From: Candidatus Eiseniibacteriota bacterium
Lineage (GTDB): Bacteria > Eisenbacteria > RBG-16-71-46 > CAIMUX01 > VGJL01
DNA: 64,000 bases
Direction of reading: 5' to 3'
NCBI GenBank assembly: GCA_963792585.1
Contig: CAWBWI010000001.1
Span: forward strand, 1,312,001-1,376,000
Both the position numbers and the translations under genes were made by a program. How positions within the stretch are numbered: the first letter of the stretch is position 1; every line of letters begins with the position of its first letter. The notes beneath the pieces are model-generated. The model was given only the letters and a program-made list of their open reading frames with translations, was not told the DNA's origin and made no database searches. Positions 9,834-18,057 of this stretch are shown piece after piece.

Positions 9834-9919
9834 CGGGATTCCAGGTGGGTGACGCGCAAGCGCTGAATTCATGCAGCGTGGACAAGTTCGACCGGTTGAC
9901 ACCGGTTGACACCGATGAC
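9821..9919 (+). other. Candidate lambda-type cos packaging site
   Basis: CGGGTCCTTT containing the cosQ heptamer GGGTCCT (9822-9828), a GC-rich cosN-like stretch, then ACCGGTTGAC x2 plus a degenerate third copy (9891-9919). Confidence 0.55.
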
Positions 9920-9956
9920 CGGGCCGCAGGTTCTCGATCGGCATGGGAGAGGAACG

Positions 9957-10610
9957 ATGGAACCACACGGGTCCCCTGATCCTTGGGTCGCGGAGCGCAT
10001 CCAACTCGTTGCGCCAGACGCCTTGAGACCCTACGCGGCCAACCCACGGACCCACAGCGAGGAGCAGGTCGCCCGCATCGCCGCGAGCATCATCGAGCGG
10101 GGCTTCACCAACCCTATCCTGGTTGACAGCGAGGGAGGGGTGATCGCCGGCCACGGTCGACTCCTGGCAGCCAAGAAGCTCGGGCTGGAACACGTCCCGG
10201 TGATCGAGTTGGGCCACCTGAGCCCAGCCCAGAGGCGCGCCCTGGTCATCGCGGACAACAAGCTGGCCCTGGATGCAGGGTGGGATGAGCCGCTCCTGCA
10301 GGCGGAGCTGAGGGCGCTGGAGGCGGACGGCCTGACCCTCGCTTCTGCGGGATTCTCGGATGGGGAGCTGGCAGAGATGGAGGCTCGGCTCTTCGCGCCA
10401 CCCGAGCATGACGGGGACCTCGGCGGGTCACCGGGCCTCGGGACCCCGGTCATCTCCTTCACGATCATCTTCGACGATCAGGAGCAGCAGGACTACTGGT
10501 TCGCCTTCGTCCGCTGGCTCAAGGGCGTGCCCAGCGCCCCGGATGCCACGGTCGCCTCGAGGTTGATCGCCTACCTGCAGGCAGTCTCTGACACGAGGCG
10601 GCAAAGGTGA
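9957..10610 (+). CDS. ParB/Srx N-terminal domain protein, no methylase fusion
   Basis: PYAANPRTH..GFTNPILVD..IAGHGRLLAA..IADNKLA. Confidence 0.9.
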   Translation: MEPHGSPDPWVAERIQLVAPDALRPYAANPRTHSEEQVARIAASIIERGFTNPILVDSEGGVIAGHGRLLAAKKLGLEHVPVIELGHLSPAQRRALVIADNKLALDAGWDEPLLQAELRALEADGLTLASAGFSDGELAEMEARLFAPPEHDGDLGGSPGLGTPVISFTIIFDDQEQQDYWFAFVRWLKGVPSAPDATVASRLIAYLQAVSDTRRQR

Positions 10611-11659
10611 GCCGGCAGAAGGTCTACCTCGAGACGGACGTTCTCACGGAGGCTCGGCGCCGGATGCACCACGTCTACGACATCTTCGACTCCGTGGTCG
10701 TCATGTTCTCAGGCGGGAAGGACTCCCTGGCGACCCTCCATCTGGTCAAGGGCGTTGCCGCGGAGCGCGGAATCGGGACCGTCAACGTGATCTTCAGGGA
10801 CGAGGAGCTGATCCCGGAGTCCGTGATTGACCTCGTGGACTCCTACCGGCAGCTCCCGTGGATCAGGATGCTCTGGTTCGCCGTTCCCCTGCGGTCCAGC
10901 GAGTACGTCCTGGGCGTCGCCAAGGAGTACATCCAGTGGGACCCCGCTCGGCGACACGTTCGGCCCGCGCCCCCGTGGGCGATCCGCCTGCCCGAGGGCG
11001 ACAGGCGGGTGTTCGATCAGTACACGATGGACGAACTCGAGGCGACCTACTTCCGCGGGAAGATCGCATTCGTCACCGGCATCCGAGCGGATGAGTCCCT
11101 TATCCGCTACCGATCCTGTGTGAACAAGCTCAATGAGAACTACATCGTGGCGAGCCTGGCCAGCCGCAACGTCCAGCTGGTCAGGCCGATCTACGACTGG
11201 ACGGAGAATGACGTCTTCAAGTTCTTCATGGACCACGGCGTCACCTACTGCCCTCTGTACGACCATCAGCTCTGGGCCGGCACGGCCCTGAGAGTCAGCA
11301 CGCCTCTGCACTCTGAGGCATCCAAGCGGTTCCACACTCTGAAGCTCTACGCGCCCACCCTCTATGCCCAGGTGATCGACGTCTTCCCGGAGATGCTCAC
11401 CCACGAGCGGTACTACCGGGACCTGGACCGAGCTTCGATCATCGAGCAGTACGGCAAGAGCTTCGATGGGGTGAGGGCGTGGATCTTCGAACACATCGAG
11501 GATGAGAAGGTTCAACGCCAGGCCCTCATGCGTCTGGATCACATCCGCACCGCCGCCCGCCGATCCCCAGGGAGCTACCCGGCCGATTACGTCCTGAAGT
11601 ACATGATGAGCGGAACGTACAAGCGCAACATCCTACCGCTGAGGAAGGAGAAACCATGA
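10607..11659 (+). CDS. PAPS-reductase-fold PP-loop protein, IbrA/YbdN (DUF3440)-like
   Basis: FSGGKDS PP-loop, FRDEE, GIRADES, PIYDW motifs. Confidence 0.85.
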   Translation: MSRQKVYLETDVLTEARRRMHHVYDIFDSVVVMFSGGKDSLATLHLVKGVAAERGIGTVNVIFRDEELIPESVIDLVDSYRQLPWIRMLWFAVPLRSSEYVLGVAKEYIQWDPARRHVRPAPPWAIRLPEGDRRVFDQYTMDELEATYFRGKIAFVTGIRADESLIRYRSCVNKLNENYIVASLASRNVQLVRPIYDWTENDVFKFFMDHGVTYCPLYDHQLWAGTALRVSTPLHSEASKRFHTLKLYAPTLYAQVIDVFPEMLTHERYYRDLDRASIIEQYGKSFDGVRAWIFEHIEDEKVQRQALMRLDHIRTAARRSPGSYPADYVLKYMMSGTYKRNILPLRKEKP

Positions 11660-11874
11660 AAGGCACGCCAAGCCCGGAGGAGCACCCAATGCCGGAGCCA
11701 CTGCTGACCGTGGGCTATATCGCGCGGCTCTTCGGAGTTCCGGTCTCGTGGGTCTACTCGAAAGCGGAGCAGGGCGAGATCCCGAGCTACAAGATCGGCC
11801 GATACCGCCGCTTCGTTCGCGCCGAGATTGAGGCCTGGTTGGAGACGCAGAAGCAAGGAGGGGTCCGAGAATGA
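11656..11874 (+). CDS. HTH_17 excisionase-like DNA-binding protein
   Basis: LLTVGYIARLFGVPVSWVY..GEIPSYKIG..RF..EIEAWLE; ATGA overlaps at both ends. Confidence 0.85.
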   Translation: MKGTPSPEEHPMPEPLLTVGYIARLFGVPVSWVYSKAEQGEIPSYKIGRYRRFVRAEIEAWLETQKQGGVRE

Positions 11875-12440
11875 AGAGCTCACCTCCCGAACTCTGCCAG
11901 AGCGATGACGGCACATCGAGCGAGTGCCCCGATCCCATCAATCGGGTCCGCTGGAGACCGGCCGGCGAGCTTGACGCCAACTTCTGGAACCCAAATGTCG
12001 TCTTCAACCCCGAGCTGCGCCTTCTCGAGCAGAACATCCTGAGGCATGGCTGGATCCAACCCATCCTCGTGAACCCCAACGGCATCATCATCGACGGCTT
12101 CCACCGCTGGCGCCTGAGCCTGGAGAGCAAGGCCCTGCAGGAGCGCTACCACGGGATGGTCCCGTGCGTGGTCCTCGAGATGACGGACGGAGACGCCATG
12201 CTCCTGACCGTCCGGATGAACCGGGCGCGTGGCACCCACGTCGCCGGCAGAATGGCGACCCTCGTCCAGCGGCTCCTCGATGAACATCACTACGCGCCCG
12301 AGCAGATCGCGGCGGAGATCGGCGCGACCGCCGATGAAGTCGCGCTGCTTTCACAGAAGAACGTGTTCAAGGCTCGCAACCTCCCGGCCTACCGATACAG
12401 CAAGGCATGGGTCCCAACGGAAGATGGGAAACGCTCCTGA
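11871..12440 (+). CDS. ParB-like protein, IbrB/YbdM-like
   Basis: ANFWNPNVV, GWIQPILV, IIDGFHR, TVRMNRARGTH. Confidence 0.85.
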   Translation: MKSSPPELCQSDDGTSSECPDPINRVRWRPAGELDANFWNPNVVFNPELRLLEQNILRHGWIQPILVNPNGIIIDGFHRWRLSLESKALQERYHGMVPCVVLEMTDGDAMLLTVRMNRARGTHVAGRMATLVQRLLDEHHYAPEQIAAEIGATADEVALLSQKNVFKARNLPAYRYSKAWVPTEDGKRS

Positions 12441-12609
12441 ACTCCGCGCTCTGATTGGCGCATGTGAAGGTGCTCTTGAACTGCAGGATTCACAATACAT
12501 TCAGGACGCGCGCAGAATCCTGAACTCTGCACTCATCATGGAAACAAAGATGGCGAATGACGTTGCACTCCCGACTCAGCGTCCGAGACTTATAGCAAGG
12601 AGGTGCAGC

Positions 12610-12939
12610 ATGCACACTGACACGATGCAGTTGCAGTTGACGAGTGAGAGCGCGGTTGACCGATTCGGACTGGCCTTCGCCGAGGCCTGCATGAAGGCGA
12701 CCGTCGATGAGGCACTCCGGCGCGGGTGGACCGGCGAGCGGTTGAGAGCAGAGGCGGAGCGGTTCTGTGACGTGATCCGCGAGGAGGCGGTCATTGAAGT
12801 GAAGTGGGTTGCTGACCAGGGGCGTGAGGTTCTCGACCTGGTGGACGCGGGCAGGATGGGCCCCGGGTACCTGGACATCACCTTCAAGGCCGGCGTCGCC
12901 GCAGTGGTAGCCAGGTCCATGAAGCGGATGGAGGCCTAA
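12610..12939 (+). CDS. Hypothetical protein
   Basis: AGGAGG RBS before ATG 12610. Confidence 0.6.
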   Translation: MHTDTMQLQLTSESAVDRFGLAFAEACMKATVDEALRRGWTGERLRAEAERFCDVIREEAVIEVKWVADQGREVLDLVDAGRMGPGYLDITFKAGVAAVVARSMKRMEA

Positions 12940-12942
12940 CCG

Positions 12943-13188
12943 ATGAGGGCCTGCGAAGTGTTCGAGATTGAGCAGGACGAGCGCCCGACGGGACGCTACG
13001 CCTGCGGCGAGGCCTTCAATGCGAGTAGGCGCTGGCTGCGCCGCGTGGAGAGGGAAGGGCGCAGAGTCCGCCGTTACACGCTTGACGCGGCTTTTGACGC
13101 GATCCCCGAAGGCACCGAGTTGTGGGCCTTCCCTAACGGTGGAGGCTGGTCCCTGTGGGCGGTGGTGAAGCCAAGGCGGGAGAGCTGA
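12943..13188 (+). CDS. Hypothetical protein
   Basis: Tightly packed in the operon. Confidence 0.5.
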   Translation: MRACEVFEIEQDERPTGRYACGEAFNASRRWLRRVEREGRRVRRYTLDAAFDAIPEGTELWAFPNGGGWSLWAVVKPRRES

Positions 13189-13189
13189 G

Positions 13190-13855
13190 ATGGCGTCCGG
13201 AATGTTCACCTACTGGCTCGAAGGACGGGACAACCCGGCCGATCCGTGGAGGCGGTTGAAGAGCGCAGAGTTCCAAGCCCGTGGCGACTCCAGGGCTCTG
13301 CAGCTGTTCCGGACAGCGAAGCGGAGGCCGACCTACCGACTCTGGAAGCTGCGGTTGATGTGCGATGAGGGGAACGGGTTGAGCGGGCAGGTGGGGTCCG
13401 AAGTGACACGGGCGACATACCGGAAGGAGGTTCCAGTGGAAGACCCGGGAGCGGTCAAGCTCCAAGCAGTGGACTACGAGGCGGCCAGCAAATACAAATC
13501 CGCGGCTGCCAGGGAGCACGTGAGCATCTCAGAGACGCAACGCACTTACTGGTTCTATGTGGTCAAGGGAGATGAGGGAGTGGTCGGCGTTGTGGGTTTG
13601 ATGCTGGTGTCCGGGGGCGCAGTGAGGATCAAGGGGGTCTACATACAGAAGGAGTTCCGAGGTCAGGGGATCGGGACCGCGGTGACGGACGCACTTGAGA
13701 CACACGCGGTCAATGAACTCCATGCAACGACGATCGAGGCCTACGCCTACAACCGGGCCTTCTACGAGGGGCGCAGCTACGAGGCGGTCGGAACGCGGCC
13801 GAACGGTGCGGTGCTGCTGCGCAAGAGGTGCAACGCATCCGCGGAGGCGAAGTGA
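13190..13855 (+). CDS. GNAT-family acetyltransferase (possible internal start GTG 13436)
   Basis: VYIQKEFRGQGIG acetyl-CoA motif A, AFYE motif B; AAGGAGG before 13436. Confidence 0.8.
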   Translation: MASGMFTYWLEGRDNPADPWRRLKSAEFQARGDSRALQLFRTAKRRPTYRLWKLRLMCDEGNGLSGQVGSEVTRATYRKEVPVEDPGAVKLQAVDYEAASKYKSAAAREHVSISETQRTYWFYVVKGDEGVVGVVGLMLVSGGAVRIKGVYIQKEFRGQGIGTAVTDALETHAVNELHATTIEAYAYNRAFYEGRSYEAVGTRPNGAVLLRKRCNASAEAK

Positions 13856-14160
13856 ACCTGCTACTCAAGACCTGGGGGCACGAGATTGCACCCCTGGATC
13901 CTGATTCGGACATTCGATGCACGGGGGTTCAACCGAAGAAGGGCGAGCCGCGGTGCTCCGCGCGTGCGGTCTACCGCGCATGGGCGTGTTACGTGACCGG
14001 TCCGCGAGGACGCCACGGGCGGCGATCCATGAACTACTGCCCCGAGTGCGTCACGAAGTGGGCGCGCTGGATGGAGATTGATCCACCAGTCGTGAAGATG
14101 GACGAGATTGAAACCGAGGACCTGACGGTCACGGTGAACGGAGAGGAGGCACCCTTTTGA
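13852..14160 (+). CDS. Cys-rich hypothetical protein
   Basis: GTGA overlap with the GNAT gene; YCPEC motif. Confidence 0.55.
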   Translation: MNLLLKTWGHEIAPLDPDSDIRCTGVQPKKGEPRCSARAVYRAWACYVTGPRGRHGRRSMNYCPECVTKWARWMEIDPPVVKMDEIETEDLTVTVNGEEAPF

Positions 14161-14903
14161 GCACGCGGCGTGAGCGATTAGAGCGTAGGGCGGAGCGGCG
14201 CCGGCAGTGGGCGGGGCGCGCGAGCCACAAGTCCGCGGCTGGATTCGAGAGCGCCCGGAGGATCGCCGACGCGATCCCCTTCGGGCAACCGATCCTAGTT
14301 GGGCACCATTCGGAGCGGCACGCGCGCCGGGACCAGGAGCGGATCGAGAACGGAATGCGCAAGGGGTGCGAGATGGCCACGAAGGCTAAGGACCACCTTT
14401 CGAAGGCGGACGGGATCGAGGCGGCGCTCGAGCGGGCGGTCTTCGATGACGATCCGGACGCGATTGAGCGCCTCGAGGAACGCATCGCGAAACTGACCGC
14501 GAAGCGGGACCTGATGAAGGCCGCGAACGCATGGTGGAAGAAGCATGCAACGATGGCCGGGTTCGAAGGCGTCACACCGGAGCGGGCGGCCCGGATGGAT
14601 GACGACATCCGAGCATCCTGGGACAAGCGGCCCTGGCCTCCCTACTCCCTGACGAACATCGGCGCGCGCATCCGGACGGATCAGAAGCGAATCGAACAGG
14701 TGAGGGCGCGCCAGGCACGTCTTGAGAAGGCGGAGGAGGCCGGCGTCTTGGTCGAAGATGCCGGCGAGGGCTACGTCCGCGTGACGTTCCCGGAGTTCCC
14801 CGGCCGCGAGATCATCCAGGGGCTTAAGGCTGCGGGGTTCTGGTGGAGCAATCCAAGCTGGGCCGGAAAGGCTGAGAACCTTCCGGAAGGGGTGAGGCCA
14901 TGA
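14157..14903 (+). CDS. DUF3560 domain protein
   Basis: IPFGQPILVGHHSE..ARRD signature, DDPDAIE.L, LK..GFWW. Confidence 0.85.
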   Translation: MSTRRERLERRAERRRQWAGRASHKSAAGFESARRIADAIPFGQPILVGHHSERHARRDQERIENGMRKGCEMATKAKDHLSKADGIEAALERAVFDDDPDAIERLEERIAKLTAKRDLMKAANAWWKKHATMAGFEGVTPERAARMDDDIRASWDKRPWPPYSLTNIGARIRTDQKRIEQVRARQARLEKAEEAGVLVEDAGEGYVRVTFPEFPGREIIQGLKAAGFWWSNPSWAGKAENLPEGVRP

Positions 14904-15205
14904 CGACTCCCGAACAGCTCGAACGGTTCCGCGCGCTCCTCGAGCAGGAGCAGAACGAGAAACTCGCGAGGGATTACCCGGGTGTCGGCCCCTACATCGC
15001 GGAGGTAAAGCTCGGCTCCAAGTTCGCGAAAGTGGACATCGGGCCACCGAGCAACATGAGCGGCCGCTACATGGTCGAGCTCGGAACAGGCGACATCTAC
15101 GGGATCAAGGGCTACGGCGTGGTCCACCGCGGGCACAGGTACGGGAACATCCAACACGTCGAGCAATGGGACTGGAGCGGCTACACCGGATGGAGGCGCC
15201 CTTGA
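14900..15205 (+). CDS. Phage-type hypothetical protein
   Basis: ATGA overlap; KFAKVDIG..GRYMV..GDIYGIKGYG. Confidence 0.65.
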   Translation: MTTPEQLERFRALLEQEQNEKLARDYPGVGPYIAEVKLGSKFAKVDIGPPSNMSGRYMVELGTGDIYGIKGYGVVHRGHRYGNIQHVEQWDWSGYTGWRRP

Positions 15206-15636
15206 AGCCCTATAACGGCTTCACACCGGAGCAGAGGCTGAAGGCGCTCTACTGGCTGCGCAAGCAGCAGAAGGATGGTCTGAGAGCACGGCCGGTGATC
15301 TGCGATGTCTGTGGACAGACTCAAGGTACGATCGATGACCACTCAGAGGACTACAGCGAACCGTTCGGCGACAACATCGGACGCTTCGGGCTCTGCTTCC
15401 GCTGCCACATGATCGTCCACTGCCGATTTCGATCCCCGGAATCCTTTGAGACCTACAGGCGACTGATCATGACGGGCATCCGATTCGCACCGGTATATGG
15501 CAGGAACTTCAAAGTGATTGTAGGCGAGCACCTCGACAACCAACTGACCCCGACGTTCACGACGCATGCGCCCCCGGACACGGACCTCCTGGAGAGAATC
15601 GCCGCCGGCGAGTTCGGACCGAAAACGGGAGACTGA
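15202..15636 (+). CDS. HNH-like Zn-finger protein upstream of the terminase
   Basis: CDVC..HSEDY..LCFRCH..H; TTGA overlap. Confidence 0.55.
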   Translation: MKPYNGFTPEQRLKALYWLRKQQKDGLRARPVICDVCGQTQGTIDDHSEDYSEPFGDNIGRFGLCFRCHMIVHCRFRSPESFETYRRLIMTGIRFAPVYGRNFKVIVGEHLDNQLTPTFTTHAPPDTDLLERIAAGEFGPKTGD

Positions 15637-15640
15637 GCGC

Positions 15641-16147
15641 GTGGCCAGAGAGCTGGTAAACCAGGCTGAGTACGCTCGCCGGCGAGGAGTGAGCCGGCAG
15701 GCCGTCTCCAAGGCTATCCGGAGCGGGCGCATCAAGCTGGTACGCGGCAAGATCGACACCACGCTGGCGGACGCTCAATGGCGCGCCAATACGGACCCGG
15801 CGCCCGAGTTCGGGGTCAAAGACGTCGATGAGGGACCCAAGGCGAAGGAGGGGCTCCCTCCGTCGAGCTTGAGCTACACCACGAGCCGGGCGATTCGGGA
15901 GGCTTACAGCGCTCGCCTCACCCGCCTTGAGTATGAGGAAAAGGTCGGGGAGCTGATCAGCGCGGACAAAGTCAGGCTCCAGGCTTTCAACTCCGCGCGA
16001 AGGGCGCGGGACCTGCTCCTCGCGATCCCGGACCGGGTGGCCCCGATCGTTGCCGGGATCCCCGATCAACTTGAGTGCCACCGCATCCTGCTTCAGGAAA
16101 TCCACCGCGTCTGCGATGAGTTGAGCAATGCCCCCCCCAGAGATTGA
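15641..16147 (+). CDS. Terminase small subunit (Nu1-like HTH)
   Basis: QAEYARRRGVSRQAVSKAI..GELI..RDLLLAIPDRVA; overlaps the large subunit. Confidence 0.8.
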   Translation: MARELVNQAEYARRRGVSRQAVSKAIRSGRIKLVRGKIDTTLADAQWRANTDPAPEFGVKDVDEGPKAKEGLPPSSLSYTTSRAIREAYSARLTRLEYEEKVGELISADKVRLQAFNSARRARDLLLAIPDRVAPIVAGIPDQLECHRILLQEIHRVCDELSNAPPRD

Positions 16148-17984
16148 GGTCTACGAATCCGCATTCGCCGAAGGGTGGGCAGCGGAGCCCATCCTCACGG
16201 TCAGCGAATGGGCGGACGCCCACCGGATGCTCTCCTCGAAGGCCAGCTCGGAGGCGGGACACTGGAGGACGGACCGGACCCCGTACCTCCGGGAGATCAT
16301 GGACAGCCTGAGCGCCGTCGATCCCGTCCAACGGGTGGTCTTCATGAAGGGCTCCCAGCTCGGAGCCACGGAATGCGGGAACAACTGGATCGGCTACATC
16401 GTCCACCATGCTCCCGGCCCGGCGCTCATGGTCCAACCGACCGTGGAGATCGCCCGCAGGGTGAGCAAGCAGCGCCTCGCGCCCATGATTGAGGCGACCG
16501 CGGTGCTCAGTAAGCGGGTTTCGGAGCCGAGGTCCAGGGACTCAGGGAATACGACCTTCGTCAAGGAGTTCCCAGGAGGTCTGCTGATCCTCACCGGATC
16601 CAACTCTGGCGCCGGCCTACGGTCCATGCCGATCCGCTACCTGTTCTGCGATGAGATCGATGAGTACCCCGGCGATGTCGACGGCCAGGGGGATCCGATC
16701 AGTCTCGCGGAGAAGAGGACCGCGACCTTCGCTCGGCGGAAGGTGTTCCTTGTGAGCACCCCGACGATCATGGACTTCTCCCGCATCGAGCGGGAGTTCA
16801 AGCGCTCTGACCAGCGTCGGTACTACGTTCCCTGCCCCGGGTGCGGGAACTTCGACTGGATCCGCTGGGAGAACGTCCACTGGCAGGAGGGTGAGCCGGA
16901 GACGGTCACGCTCGCATGCGTCGCGTGCGGGGAGCTGGTCTCGGAGGGTCAGAAGACGGAGATGCTCGCTCGAGGGGAGTGGCGACCGACCGCGGGTGGC
17001 GACGGCCGGACCCGAGGCTACCACCTGAGCGGTCTCTACTCTCCCGTCGGCTGGAACTCATGGGAGGCGATCGTCCGGGAGTTCATCTCCGCCAAGCAGG
17101 ACCCGTTCAAGCTCAAGACCTGGATCAACACGATCCTCGGGGAGACCTGGGAGGAGAGAGGCGAGACGGTCAATGACTCCGTGCTCTTCGCCCGCCGGGA
17201 GGAGTATCCCGCGGAGGCCCCAGCCGGCGCCCTCGTCCTGACTGCCGGCGTGGACATCCAGGATGACCGGATCGAGCTGGAGGTCGTCGGCTGGGGGCCC
17301 GGCGAGGAGAGTTGGGCAATTGACTACCGCGTCCTTTATGGCAGCCCGGGCGAGCAGCCGGTGTGGACGGCGCTATCGGACTTCTTCGAGCAGACCTACG
17401 AGAACGAGGCCGGGGAGAGGGTGCGTGTCTCCGCTGCCTGCATTGACTCCGGCGGTCACCATACTCAGAACGTCTATCACTTCTGCCGGAGCCGGCGGGC
17501 CCGGCGGATCTTCGCGATCAAGGGAGTGTCCGGTGTCGGTCGCCCCGTCGTCTCCTCTCCGATGCATCGCAGGAGCGGTCGCAACCGGCGCCCCGTGGAG
17601 CTGTTCATGGTCGGCGTGGATGAGGCAAAGGGTCTGATCTACTCCCGCCTGAGGCTCAAGGAGCCCGGCCCAGGCTACTGCCACTTCCCCATCCGGAAGG
17701 AATTCGACGAGGAGTACTTCGCCCAGCTGGCGGCCGAGAAGATCATGACCCGATATCACAAGGGGTTCCCACGGCGCGAGTGGGTCAAGACCCGTCCACG
17801 GAACGAGGCTCTGGATTGCCGGGTCTACGCTCTTGCAGCATTGGAGCTATTGAATCCTGTATGGCCGGCGCTTGTGAGGCGAGCGGCGGAGCGGGCGGCA
17901 GCAAGATTAGGCCCGCCGAAGCCGGCGGCAACGAGGGAGCCGCTCCGGCGGTCGCAGAGAAGGAACTGGGTCAACTCGTGGTAG
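16128..17984 (+). CDS. Terminase large subunit, lambda GpA family
   Basis: RTPYLREIMD, KGSQLGATE, DEIDEY, STPT, AGVDIQ, CIDSGG, RNEALDC. Confidence 0.95.
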   Translation: MPPPEIEVYESAFAEGWAAEPILTVSEWADAHRMLSSKASSEAGHWRTDRTPYLREIMDSLSAVDPVQRVVFMKGSQLGATECGNNWIGYIVHHAPGPALMVQPTVEIARRVSKQRLAPMIEATAVLSKRVSEPRSRDSGNTTFVKEFPGGLLILTGSNSGAGLRSMPIRYLFCDEIDEYPGDVDGQGDPISLAEKRTATFARRKVFLVSTPTIMDFSRIEREFKRSDQRRYYVPCPGCGNFDWIRWENVHWQEGEPETVTLACVACGELVSEGQKTEMLARGEWRPTAGGDGRTRGYHLSGLYSPVGWNSWEAIVREFISAKQDPFKLKTWINTILGETWEERGETVNDSVLFARREEYPAEAPAGALVLTAGVDIQDDRIELEVVGWGPGEESWAIDYRVLYGSPGEQPVWTALSDFFEQTYENEAGERVRVSAACIDSGGHHTQNVYHFCRSRRARRIFAIKGVSGVGRPVVSSPMHRRSGRNRRPVELFMVGVDEAKGLIYSRLRLKEPGPGYCHFPIRKEFDEEYFAQLAAEKIMTRYHKGFPRREWVKTRPRNEALDCRVYALAALELLNPVWPALVRRAAERAAARLGPPKPAATREPLRRSQRRNWVNSW

Positions 17985-18057
17985 TAGCCGATCATGCAGA
18001 TCGCTGCACTTCGCCTGGTGGCGCCGAGCAGCCCAACCGTGGACGCTCGCAATCTTC

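Noticed and set aside
10607..11659. True PAPS/APS reductase or a complete Dnd/Ssp system
   Set aside because: No Fe-S cysteine motifs or ECGLH tail, and no other dnd/ssp or sulfate-assimilation genes nearby.
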